64,000 nt of DNA, taken from the NCBI GenBank assembly GCA_964016885.1, contig OZ024741.1, forward strand, positions 23,746,001 to 23,810,000, in the 5' to 3' direction. Within the stretch, counting starts at the first letter, position 1. Each line of letters begins with the position of its first letter. The notes beneath the pieces are model-generated. The model had not been told where the DNA came from, did not search any database, and saw only the letters and a program-made list of their open reading frames with translations. The DNA is from Eledone cirrhosa (Eukaryota). The translations under genes and the position numbers were made by a program. This document shows, in pieces, positions 53,601-62,998 of the stretch.

Positions 53601-56600
53601 CCTTCCACAGTCATTTCCCCCACTCTTCTCACCCTGTCACTTTCACCCTTCCACAGTCATTTTCCCCACTCTTCTCACCCTGTCACTTTCACCCTTCCAC
53701 AGTCATTTCCCCCACTCCTCTCACTCTGTCACTTTCACCCTTCCACAGTCATTTCCCCCACTCTTCTCACCCTGTCATTTTCACCCTTCCACAGTCATTT
53801 CCCCCACTCCTCTCACTCTGTCACTTTCACCCTTCCACAGTCATTTCCCCCACTCTTCTCACCCTGTCACTTTCACCCTTCCACAGTCATTTCCCCCACT
53901 CTTCTCACCCTGTCACTTTCACCCTTCCACAGTCATTTCCCCCACTCTTCTCACTCTGTCACTTTCACCCTTCCTCAGTTATTTCCCCCACTCCTCTCAC
54001 TCTGTCACTTTCACCCTTCCACAGTCATTTCCCCCACTCCTCTCACTCTGTCACTTTCACCCTTCCACAGTCATTTCCCCCACTCTTCTCACTCTGTCAC
54101 TTTCACCCTTCCTCAGTCATTTCCCCCACTCCTCTCACTCTGTCACTTTCACCCTTCCACAGTCATTTCCCCCACTCCTCTCACTCTGTCACTTTCACCC
54201 TTCCACAGTCATTTCCCCCACTCTTCTCACCCAGTCACTTTCACCCTTCCACAGTCATTTCCCCCACTCTTCTCACCCAGTCACTTTCACCCTTCCACAG
54301 TCATTTCCCCCACTCTTCTCACCCAGTCACTTTCACCCTTCCACAGTCATTTCCCCCACTCTTCTCACCCAGTCACTTTCACCCTTCCACAGTCATTTCC
54401 CCCACTCTTCTCACCCTCTCACTTTCACCCTTCCACAGTCATTTCCCCCACTCCTCTCACTCTGTCACTTTCACCCTTCCACAGTCATTTCCCCCACTCT
54501 TCTCACCCAGTCACTTTCACCCTTCCACAGTCATTTCCCCCACTCTTCTCACCCTGTCACTTTCACCCTTCCACAGTCATTTCCCCCACTCTTCTCACCC
54601 AGTCACTTTCACCCTTCCACAGTCATTTCCCCCACTCTTCTCACCCTGTCACTTTCACCCTTCCACAGTCATTTCCCCCACTCCTCTCACTGTGTCACTT
54701 TCACCCTTCCACAGTCATTTCCCCCACTCTTCTCACTCTGACACTTTCACCCTTCCTCAGTCATTTCCCCCACTCCTCTCACTCTGTCACTTTCACCCTT
54801 CCACAGTCATTTCCCCCACTCCTCTCACTCTGTCACTTTCACCCTTCCACAGTCATTTCCCCCACTCCTCTCACTCTGTCACTTTCACCCTTCCTCATCA
54901 ACATTGTCATTAATCTATAATTTTTCAGCGATAATAAATGTAATTACTTTAATTTACACACCAGATAAAATTAAACATTTCAGAGCTTATAAGGTTTAGT
55001 TAGTATTTTATTACTGTAATAAGATGTAGTTAGTATTTTATTACTGTAATAAGATATAGTCAGTGTAATTTGAACTTAAAATCATCATTGTCATTTTAAT
55101 GTCCGCTTTTCCTGCTAAGAAGAGTTGAACTTGAAATCATCACTACTGTATAACGCCTATTTTCCATGCTAGCATGGGTTAGACAGGTTGTCCTGTTTGA
55201 GGCTAGTTGGGTCAGGTGACCATGTCTTGTTCATACAGAGCTGTTTCTGGCTAGGTTTCTACAAATGGATGCCTTTCTTAATGCCAACCACATTTACAGT
55301 GTTTGCTGGGTGCTTTTTGTTGTGACACCTACATAACCAGTTTACAGTGTGGACTGGGGGCTTCTTGTCGAGAGACTAAGTACTACAGAGCAATTTGTTC
55401 AACACTTTAATGTTTCTACCCTATTTGTCATGAAATATTAAGAATTAAAAACAACATATTTTCTTCTTCTAATTCTAGCAATGGCAGCCTTTGCCAATAT
55501 GAATTCCATTCTATTGTTTGATTCTGCTGAAAATTTAAAATCTGATGCTGACAAATCCACAGACTTTATTGAATCAACTCAAGATTCCGGATGGTCAAAT
55601 GGTGCTCTTGATCCATTTGATATGCGTAAGTCTAGCTCACTTCTTAATAATGAAAAATGATAATAATGAAATTTTGTGTAGAGTGCTCAGCTGCACTACA
55701 ACTCATCAAAGGTGCATGTATAGTACATAGAATAATGATATACATGTGTGCGTGTGTACAATTATGTTGATGTTATCATGTCTGTTGCAGTAATACAAGA
55801 AAATCTGCTTCTCTTTCTAATATCATCATCATCATCATCACCGTTTAACGTTCATTTTTCCACACTAGCATGGGTTAGACGAGTTGTCCTGTTGTGAGAA
55901 ATGCCTGGTCGGGTGACCATGTCTTGCTCATACAGAACTGAGTTTGCCTTGGTTTCAGTCGGATGCCCTTCTTATCATGCATATATATATATATATATAT
56001 TGGTGTTAGGAAGAGCATCCAGCTGTAGAAACCAAGCAAAACACAGTCCTCTGACCTGGCTTGTCTCACAACGGGACAGTTTGACTAACCCATGCTGGCA
56101 TGGAAAATGGATGTTAAATGAAGATGATGATGATATCATCATCATTATCTCCATTTAACATCTATTTTCATTAGATGTTATGAGGCTAAACAGGTCGAGT
56201 GACCATGTCTTGCTCATATGTTTGGATTACCTTCCTATGTCAACCATTTCACAGCATGTACAGAAGGGCTTTTTTGGTGACACCAGGACAACCACTGTTC
56301 TCTGGATTTTACTATCAACCACTGTTCTCTGGATTTTACCATCATTTCTTTGTATTCCCGTAATGTTCATTTAATTTGATTTTGTTCAACATTATTAAAT
56401 CTTAGTGATGGTGGATTGGCAGTATCGGTAGAGGGTCGGACACCATGCTTTGACGCATTGAGTTACGGCCCTTGCCATTCTGAGTTCAAATCTCGCCGAG
56501 GTTAACTTTGCCTTTCATCCTTACAGAGTCGATAAAATAAAGTACCAGTAATACACTGGGTAATTGCTGGCCTTGTGCCAAAAGTAGCAACAATTATTAA

Positions 56601-59600
56601 ATGTTAGTGATGGTGGCAGCAGCAGTTCTTTCTCTTCCTCCTCCACTGTATTTGATCCCTCTCAATTCCACATCCATTGAATCATGCAAACTTCATTTCT
56701 TTCCAATCTTCACAAGTCCTCTGCACATAGCACCCAGGCCTCACTATCATGCAACATTGCTTATATATATATTCATTTTATTAAGGCTAAATAGTGAGTC
56801 TTGTTACTCTGGAGTTTTGCCTGTGCAAAACTCCAGCTTTCTAACAACAAAGTTATTCTACTAAATTCCTCCAAATTTTGTTAGAAAATATAGGCAGTAT
56901 ATTTAATCAGAAGTATTGATGAAAGGCTTAAACAAATGTCATCATCATCATCATTGTTTTACGTCTGTTTTTCCACCTTTACATGGGTCAGATGGGTTCT
57001 TTTCAGCACAGCATCTCTCCACTCAATGCCTTTCTTCATAATTTCCTCTGTGCGTCTCAGCAATTTGAAGTCAGTTCTCACCACCTCTGCCCAGGTCTTT
57101 CTCAGTATATTTCTACTGCAGCTTCCATCCTCTGGCATTTTCTGGCCCCTCTTCACTCATCAGTCATCATACATACACGTTACATGTCCATACCAATGCA
57201 GTCATCTCTCCTGCACACCACCTCAGATTCCTCTTAAACCCAGTTTCTCCCTCAGTTCATCCAAGCTTTGCCTCTCTCTCACATTTACATAGTGCATCCA
57301 ACGAATGCTTCATTTCTCTCCATGTATTTCTTATAATTTATCTGTGATCTTCCTAACACTTATGGTCTGCTTCTTATTCTATCTCTCTCTCTTTTTTTTT
57401 TTTTTTTTTTTTTTTAGAACCATTTGAAACCTGTCTTTTACATGAGTCTATGACTCAACCTCCCCCACCAGCACCAGAAGAAAGTATGCAAGCAGCAATG
57501 ATTAGCAAAGATGAGATTCCTGCAGTTCTTGCTCCAGTTTATGAAGAATGGTACCATGGGCCTTTGAATAGAAAAGAGGTGGGTTTAAATTAATCATATG
57601 CATGACTGTGAGGTGGAAGCATGGTTGTATGATTAAGAAATTTGCTCATAATTTTGGTCTCAATCCTACTGTATGGCACTTTGGGGCTGTCTGGGCTAAC
57701 CAATTAACTTTGTCATTGCCTTCGTGTAACCGTCCATTTTGCATTGTTTAGCCTACCTACATATATCATAATTTTGTTGTTTTTTGTTTGTTTTCCACAG
57801 GCTGAGTTGTTACTGGAACATGAAGGAGACTTCTTAGTGAGGGAAAGTACCACAACACAAGGTCAGTTTGTCTTGAGTGGGAGACATTCTGCTGGTGTAA
57901 AGCATTTATTACTCATTGACCCTGAGGGTGTGGTAAGTGTTTACTTCTCACATGACTAACCATCATCATCATCATCGTTTACCGTCCATCTTCCACGCTA
58001 GCATGGGTTAGATGGTTTTGTTCCATTTGATGCGGGAATAGTCGGGAGACCGTCTCTTGCTCGTACGGAAGTGTCTCTGGCAGGTTTTTTACAGCTGGAT
58101 GCCCTTCCTAACAGCAACCACATTTATGGTGTGGACTGGGAGCCTTTTCACCATGTCTCCTACACGACCACCTTACAATGTGGACTGTTGTGTCATCGAC
58201 ACAGTGGACAAAACAGGAAAGGGAGGATGGGGTAGAGTGTGGCGGTGGGGTGTACATTGGGTTAAGAGGTGCCTACTGACTGTAGGTTTGTATGTAATGA
58301 CAGTTGGGTCTTCTGTACAACTGCATGGCACCAAAGATCTCGATCCAGTGACATTGTCTTAGAGAGATGTAAGTGAGCAAGGTCAGTTTTTATCACCTTG
58401 TCCCAGGTTTTTCTTGGTCTACCCACTCCGTAGCTTCTATCAATTTTGATCACTCTGCACTTTTTTATACAGCTGTTGTCCTTCATACACATCACATGTC
58501 CATACCAACGCAATCTCCTTTCCAGAACACATTTGATACCTCTTATGCTTAGTCTCTCTCCCAATTAGTTTATGCTTCGCCATTCACGTACATTACTATT
58601 ACACATCTATCAAAGCATGCAAGCTTCATTTCTTTCTAACCTACGCAAGTCTTCAGCACACAATGCCCAGATCTCACTACTATGTAATATTGCCATTCAT
58701 ATACAAAAATCATACAATCTGTCTTTCACTTTTAGAGAAAAACCTCTTGAGGTATTAGCTCTCATATATTATTATACAGCAAGTATCGGTAGAGGGTCAG
58801 ACGCCATGCTTTACAGCATAGTGTTACAGCCCTTAACAGTCTAAGTTCAAATCCCACCGAGGTTAACTTTGCCTTTCATCGTTACGGAGTTGATAAAATA
58901 AAGTACCAGTAATGCACTGGATTAATTGCTGGCCCTGTGCCAAAAGTAGAAACAATTATTATACAGCAAAACAGTGGATTGGCAGAATCATTAGTCTATT
59001 GCATAGTTTGTTCCAGCTCAAATCCCACCATAGTCAACTTTGCCTTTCATCCTTCTGAGGTCAGTTTAATCAATTTTCCCTCCATTGTCTCTAATTGTTG
59101 GACTTGTGCCTATTATTATTACTCAATTACTCAAAATAGAGCGGTGGATTGGCAGTATCGGTAGAGGGTCGGACGCCATGCTTTGACGCATAGAGTTACG
59201 GCCCTTGCCATTCTGAATACAAATCCCGCCGAGGTTAACTTTGCCTTTCATCCTTACGGGGTCAATAAAATAAAGTACCAGTAATACACTAGGTAATTGC
59301 TGGCCTTGTGCCAAAAGTAGAAACAATTATTATTACTCAATTTGTTTTGACGTGCTGCTTTGCTCACTAGTTACAACTTTGTTTTTATATCATTCTGTGC
59401 ATACGAGGCACAAGATTCCAAGGAACTAGCTGCTCCTTTCTCTTTTGTTTTTCTTACCCCTCAAGACAACGTCATAGAAGTGCTGCTTTGAATAACCATC
59501 TTCTAATTGGTGGCAGCCATCTGGGTTTTAATGGAGGCACATGGACCTCCTAATCCAAACACATCCACAGACATGGCTTGAATACTTGCAACAAAGTGCC

Positions 59601-59940
59601 CCACACTATCCACTGCACCACTCCTTTCCACCCAGAACATTAGCCCTTTGAACTCCCTCATTGCTCATATCATTCCAAAAGGAGTGGACCTGCAACAGTT
59701 TGAAACCTGTGATTACTTTAAACTTTTTTTTCCTTTATAACTGTTTATGTTTATATTTTGTGATGAAATTGTTCTCCTGTTATACTTCAACCCTTCTTTA
59801 TTCTCTTTCAGGTTCGTACAAAGGATTGTAAATTTGACAGTATTAGTCATCTTGTAAATTATCACAAGGATAACCATTTTCCAATTTTAACACAAGGCAC
59901 AGAACTTCATCTCTTTGAACCAGTTGTTTGTAATAAATGA
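9327..59940 (+). CDS. SHC1: SHC-transforming protein 1-like adaptor (PTB-CH1-SH2), spliced: join(9327..9476,15261..15331,17593..17653,23618..23737,24278..24331,25311..25489,27151..27198,31630..31771,35814..35937,55479..55625,57418..57578,57801..57932,59812..59940)
   Basis: Manual splicing gives an uninterrupted 1518-nt frame with GT-AG introns and matching phases. Shc hallmarks: [101 protein letters not shown]. Confidence 0.95.
9477..9732 (+). repeat. 43-bp minisatellite (6 copies) starting exactly at the exon 1 donor
   Basis: gttagtag recurs at 9477, 9520, 9563, 9605, 9648 and 9691. Confidence 0.95.
9860..11718. repeat. 56-bp minisatellite, about 29 copies, interrupted near its end by a MITE (11453-11670)
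   Basis: Unit gcactctgaaagtggtaatgctggtgccacagtaaaatgcattaaatgcacccaat. Confidence 0.97.
11453..11670. mobile_element. piggyBac-like MITE family B; other copies about 12282-12580, 27396-27590, 29556-29765, 31350-31560, 62983-63570
   Basis: TTAA|ccctttagcattt...aaatgctaaaggg|TTAA termini across copies, with shared internal sequence. Confidence 0.8.
12708..13496 (-). mobile_element. Non-autonomous Helitron
   Basis: Minus strand begins TC(tgtatatatatataaaa), ends CTAG, has subterminal hairpin acccag/ctgggt (12719-12736), lies between A and T, and has an internal ~140-bp duplication. Confidence 0.8.
13678..14012. repeat. (TA)n/(TG) compound microsatellite
   Basis: Direct inspection. Confidence 0.97.
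14309..14640 (+). mobile_element. RTE-like LINE 3' fragment with inverted 5' part
   Basis: Minus strand ...[31 protein letters not shown] continues on the plus strand as [33 protein letters not shown]. Confidence 0.85.
14779..15113 (+). mobile_element. tRNA-derived SINE family 2 (full length); related copies 22637-23062 and about 14020-14270
   Basis: tggcttagKggttagagc A-box, gagttcaattc B-box, central gtgttgtttccttgagcaagacacttt, and 3' end cccacccttgcaagcagggaaaag..(gat)n shared with RTE copies. Confidence 0.88.
15261..15331 (+). CDS. SHC1: Shc exon 2 ([24 protein letters not shown])
   Basis: [18 protein letters not shown], gtaact donor, 71 nt, phase 0 to 2; PTB core motif. Confidence 0.95.
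15382..16240. repeat. (CCA/CAA)n degenerate trinucleotide repeat
   Basis: Direct inspection; source of the poly-G/V/T/P ORFs. Confidence 0.95.
16720..17310 (+). repeat. Multimerised SINE/RTE 3'-tail segment (about 4-5 diverged units)
   Basis: Repeated ggccagac..cataatgggaccacccag..ctgtaaatgtggttggtgttaggaagggcat, ending in (gat)n. Confidence 0.7.
17593..17653 (+). CDS. SHC1: Shc exon 3 ([20 protein letters not shown])
   Basis: caacag acceptor, gtaggt donor, phase 2 to 0; resembles EAISLVCEAVPGAKGATRRRK. Confidence 0.92.
17750..22310. repeat. AT-rich 22-26-bp satellite (atatatatggKagaaaataaaYt), interrupted by an RTE LINE
   Basis: Direct inspection. Confidence 0.97.
19983..20982 (+). mobile_element. 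5'-truncated RTE LINE (ORF C-terminus to 20626, 3'UTR, (GAT)n tail)
   Basis: VDSFRYLG...MLHGSETW...[12 protein letters not shown]...GRPRKTW; uninterrupted frame, so relatively young. Confidence 0.93.
23618..23737 (+). CDS. SHC1: Shc exon 4 ([40 protein letters not shown])
   Basis: ttttcag acceptor, gtatgg donor, 120 nt; resembles ILGRSNLKFAGMPITLTVST. Confidence 0.93.
24278..24331 (+). CDS. SHC1: Shc exon 5 ([18 protein letters not shown])
   Basis: atttcag acceptor, gtaagt donor, 54 nt; resembles IIANHHMQSISFASGGDP. Confidence 0.96.
24370..24600. mobile_element. piggyBac-like MITE family A with TTAA TSDs; other copies about 2222-2856, 27281-27890, 33209-35773 (split), 61827-62178
   Basis: TTAA|ccctt...aaggg|TTAA at 24366-24369 and 24601-24604; shared internal tatttcattagaaat. 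Confidence 0.8.
25311..25489 (+). CDS. SHC1: Shc exon 6 ([59 protein letters not shown]), end of PTB
   Basis: tttaaag acceptor, gtaaga donor, 179 nt, phase 0 to 2; the pTyr-binding Lys and Arg positions (AKD...NGR) are retained. Confidence 0.96.
27151..27198 (+). CDS. SHC1: Candidate 48-nt symmetric cassette exon of Shc ([17 protein letters not shown])
   Basis: Strong ttctttatttttag acceptor and gtaagt donor, open in frame, phase 2-2, GC-richer than flanks; no homology recognised. Confidence 0.55.
29985..30027 (-). ncRNA. Minimal type I hammerhead ribozyme motif (Penelope-like element type)
   Basis: Minus strand ACAGUC-CUGAUGA-A-GGGU-aaug-ACCC-A-GAAAC-AU-GUU-GGCUGU: 6-bp stem I, 4-bp stem II, palindromic ACAUGU stem III. 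Confidence 0.65.
30308..30598. repeat. (CA)-rich degenerate microsatellite
   Basis: Direct inspection. Confidence 0.9.
30736..31071. mobile_element. hAT-like MITE
   Basis: TIRs cagaggcataac(cagagt) / (acccta)gttatgcctctg; imperfect 8-bp TSD tatacatg/tatatata. Confidence 0.72.
31630..31771 (+). CDS. SHC1: Shc exon 8, CH1 with YYND Grb2 site ([47 protein letters not shown])
   Basis: ttttcag acceptor, gtaagt donor, phase 2 to 0; YYND corresponds to Y239/Y240. Confidence 0.93.
31843..32151. mobile_element. Tc1/mariner-like MITE (TA target); related copies about 7424-7500 and 32610-33046
   Basis: TIRs ctctcgggtctcaaataat / attatttgggacccaagag; the empty TA site is visible in the duplicate near 62319. 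Confidence 0.85.
33247..33629 (+). mobile_element. CR1-group LINE 3' fragment with (ATT)n tail; tail copies at 5686-5742 (+) and 55662-55760 (-)
   Basis: [13 protein letters not shown] / [22 protein letters not shown], typical of the CR1-group ORF2 C-terminus. Confidence 0.8.
33630..35632 (+). mobile_element. 5'-truncated Tx1/L1-clade non-LTR retrotransposon (RT plus zf-RVT), frameshifted near 33885-33950
   Basis: [54 protein letters not shown]; AATAAA plus (ATT)n tail. Confidence 0.93.
35814..35937 (+). CDS. SHC1: Shc exon 9, CH1 ([41 protein letters not shown])
   Basis: tttcag acceptor, gtaagt donor, open frame, phase 0 to 1; needed to bridge the phases of exons 8 and 10. Confidence 0.85.
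36166..54895. repeat. 18.7-kb satellite of 46/44-bp pyrimidine-rich units (about 410 copies) in Shc intron 9
   Basis: Unit agtcatttcccccactcttctcaccc(a/t)gtcactttcacccttcc(ac); the 46-aa periodicity of the ORFs equals 3 x 46 nt. Confidence 0.98.
55479..55625 (+). CDS. SHC1: Shc exon 10, CH1 ([49 protein letters not shown])
   Basis: ttcttctaattctag acceptor, gtaagt donor, phase 1-1; ends in DPFDM like Shc DLFDM|KPFE. Confidence 0.85.
56938..57310 (-). mobile_element. Degraded RTE LINE 3' fragment
   Basis: [15 protein letters not shown]...WRDAVL; (cat)n at the left end. Confidence 0.85.
57418..57578 (+). CDS. SHC1: Shc exon 11 ([23 protein letters not shown]...[14 protein letters not shown]), start of SH2
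   Basis: Long poly-T tract plus ag, gtgggt donor, phase 1 to 0; WYHG SH2 motif. Confidence 0.92.
57801..57932 (+). CDS. SHC1: Shc exon 12, SH2 core ([44 protein letters not shown])
   Basis: ttccacag acceptor, gtaagt donor, 132 nt; FLVRES signature. Confidence 0.97.
57961..58748 (-). mobile_element. RTE LINE 3' fragment, same family as 19983-20982
   Basis: [27 protein letters not shown]...GRPRKTWD...[14 protein letters not shown] plus matching 3'UTR. Confidence 0.9.
59812..59940 (+). CDS. SHC1: Shc last coding exon ([42 protein letters not shown])
   Basis: tctttcag acceptor, TGA at 59938-59940; resembles VRTKDHRFESVSHLISYHMDNHLPII. Confidence 0.96.
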   Translation, partial: VRTKDCKFDSISHLVNYHKDNHFPILTQGTELHLFEPVVCNK

Positions 59941-60015
59941 CAAAAACAATTAAAAAAATATTTACAGAACAATGTCAAGATTTTATCCACTCAGACTTGA
60001 ATTCTGTGCCCAGAG

Positions 60016-60021
60016 AATAAA
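60016..60021 (+). promoter_or_regulatory. Candidate polyadenylation signal AATAAA
   Basis: First AATAAA after the stop codon. The sequence is AT-rich, so a chance match is possible. Confidence 0.3.
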
Positions 60022-60953
60022 CCTATTTGCTTTCTGAACTACAGATACAAATGTGATAAAACAAAACACATACATATACATATACAAGGGATAGAAGAAT
60101 AGTTGCTCATAGCTTTCTGCACAAGCTAAAGTACCATCGATCTGTCAACACTGCTAAATTGTCTTCTCTCTACAATCAACAATCAAGCTCCATACAAAAG
60201 GGCTAGAACAAATTTGGGAAAGATATATTATTTAATTTTATTTTATTATATTATTTTCCTTCATTTAAATTTGGCCAAGTAATCAGTTTGATAAAAATTC
60301 ATTTTATTACCAAAATTATCACCTGAAATATGTGCTTAAATATTTCCTCCTTGAGAGAAACTGAAATTTTAAAAAAATACTCATAGATGGATGGATGGAT
60401 GGTTAGTAGAGCTTTGTGTGTGTGTGTAGATGGGTGGGATTTGTGTATGAATGTGTATGTGTAGATGAGTCATCTGTTGGGCTTTATGTATGTATGAATG
60501 CATGTGTAGATGGTTGGGCTTTGTGTGACTGAATGAATGAATGTGAAAATGGGTGGTTGATTGGGTTTTATGAATGAATGAATGCATGTATGTAGATGGG
60601 TGGTTGGATGAGCTTTGTGTGTGTGAATGAATAAAAGTGTAGATGTATGGTTGGGTTGGCCTTGTGTGTGAATGAATGAATGTGTGTAGATGGATGGTAA
60701 GTGAGATTTAAGTAAGTATGGATGGATTTGTAAATTTTGTATAGTGTGTTAATTTTGCAAAATATATATATATACAGATATGTAAAATCCTGACTGGGGT
60801 ACCGAGCGGTTTCAGCTTGTGTGTTCGGCAGAAACTGCTTGGCACCACAGTCTGGAGTTTACATATCTCTATACCAACTCTGCATCTCCCCATGTATTGA
60901 GTACTCCCATGATTAGTGGTCTTCTCGGTCTCAGCATCGCAGACTCTATACAT

Positions 60954-60986
<33 letters not shown>

Positions 60987-62190
60987 CACACACATAAATA
61001 TTTCTAATGAGTCAAGTCCAAACATTTGTGTAGTTATTTACTATACAAACAGAACCACATTAGCATATATTATTTGTTATGGTATTTTTAATTAAGTCAA
61101 ATTAATTTTGGGCATCCATGTCTTGATTATATTAATCAAGATGTTTGTTTATTTTTAGTATTGAGTGGTACTGCCTTAGTCCATTCATTCCTCTCCACAG
61201 AACTATCATTAATATATTGAATTGGCAGAATCTGTAGAGCGTCGGACAACATGCTTGGTGGCATAGTGTTACGGCCCTTTGCATTCTGAGTTCAAATCCC
61301 AAGTTTAACTTTGCTTTTCATCTTTATGGGGGGTCGATAAAATAAAGCACCAATAATGCACTGGGATCGATTTAATTGACTTTTCCCTCTCCCAGAAATG
61401 TTGGCCTTGTGCCTAAATCAGAAACCATTATTATCATCAACTTCTTTTTAAATCCTTCAGATGTTTTTAACAGAGCTTTTTTTTTCTTTTAAAGTAATGC
61501 TTTTATAACTGAAAATACTCTTTGCAATGCTAATTAATTATGTTTGCAGAAAGTACTCGTTTAATTTTAACCATCTCCCAAGAAACAATTCAACAGTATT
61601 TAAACTTTAGACTACCCAGTCACTCTACTACCATTCTACCATTCACAATTAAAAGAATAATTTATACTGCTGACACCAATATTTTTTGTTTGGACAGGAA
61701 TACTCTATATTATTTCTATAGAAGCAGAGTTTATTACCAACTTTGTTTTCTTGGTTATTTTCGTTTTTTTTTTATTTTTAAGCTGGAGGAAATTCAAAGT
61801 AAAAGGACTCAGAGATCTGTATTTAACCCTTTTGGTATCAAACTGCCTGAAACCTCCCCTGGTTCTACAATATTAAAATGTTTATATTTATCTAAAAACT
61901 TTTCATCATAATTTTATAAAGAACCTTTGTTTAGTTATGTTCGAAACATGAAACCAGCCTTGGTTCTACAATACTAAGCTGTTTATATTAAAATATTTAT
62001 ATTTATCTAAAAACCTTCCATCATACTTTTATGTAAGAGACATTGTTATGTTCTGGATACCGGGTTAATAATAAAAAAAATAGTTATATTATTAAACTCC
62101 TTCCAAATTCTTGATTATTTAAAAAATTATTGAAAATCATAGGCAGTGTCTTTCATTAGAAATATGGTAACAAAAGGGTTTGAAAAAATG

Positions 62191-62466
62191 CCACCCCCAC
62201 CACAAATATCTCCCCTTCCAAATTATTCTGTGCCTAACAGTAATTCAAATGTTTGTTAATACAACATTCACTATAACCTTGTCTTTCTTTCCCCCTTTCC
62301 ATTGTCATCCAAGTAAACTAGATGGCATGGGTTTATTATTTTGACCTAATTCTCTCAAGTTCTGCTACTTTTATTCTGTTACCTGTAAGTACATCATACA
62401 CACTACATACCTGTAATCTATACATATATGTATTTAGCACTGATTACTAAAATACTCTAACTTCAG
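62191..62466 (+). pseudogene. Partial genomic duplicate of the Shc exon 8 3' end plus adjacent intron
   Basis: Matches 31712-31842 joined to 32154-32299 (ccccttccaaattattctgtgcctaacagtaattcaaat...ttgacctaattctctcaagttctgctac). Confidence 0.9.
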
Positions 62467-62699
62467 GCTGTCCAAACACTTGTCAGTCACTTCTCAACAG
62501 AGAGGGGGGGGGGGTGACCCCCTCTCTCCCTTAAATACTATAAAGACTGTGGAAACTTGTGATAGACTATGCTCGAAATAAAGTATGTTTTATTGATTTT
62601 TTAAAAATATTATTTTTGAATATTTTTTTAAATATATGAACCCAACATCAGATGTTTAAACTAAAAATTTGGTGTATATACCTCTTTAAATGAAATTAT

Positions 62700-62792
62700 G
62701 GCAGCATACACACTCCTTTAATGACATTAAGGCAGCATACACACTCCTTTAATGACATTAAGGCAGCATACACACTCCTTTAATGACATTAG
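62700..62792. repeat. 31-bp tandem repeat x3
   Basis: ggcagcatacacactcctttaatgacattaa. Confidence 0.9.
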
Positions 62793-62998
62793 CCCCAGTG
62801 GTCAATAAAATATCATGATGTTCATCAAATTGGTTTAATTTTTTACAGTAAATTGTTTGCTATCTTATTTCTACTACTATTACTAACAACAACCATAGTT
62901 CTTTACTAAGGGAGACTCTACATGGTATGCTGGTTTGCTAGAAATTCCAGCCAAATCTTTAAATCACACCATACTGTCTTAACCCTTTAGCATTTACA

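Noticed and set aside
36166-54895. Recursive splicing (ratchet) sites in the satellite
   Set aside because: Units read CAG|TCAT rather than AG|GT(A/G)AG, so no donor is regenerated.
36012-54920. Giant 2666/1804/1818-aa ORFs as a real mucin-like or repeat protein gene
   Set aside because: They are translations of a 46/44-bp satellite whose unit is not a multiple of 3. All frames give the same peptide, frameshifting variants are common, and the array lies in an intron of a well-formed Shc gene.
54929-54993. Extra Shc exon right after the satellite (tttttcag...aag|gtttag)
   Set aside because: It would end in phase 0 while exon 10 needs phase 1; weak donor and no Shc-like sequence.
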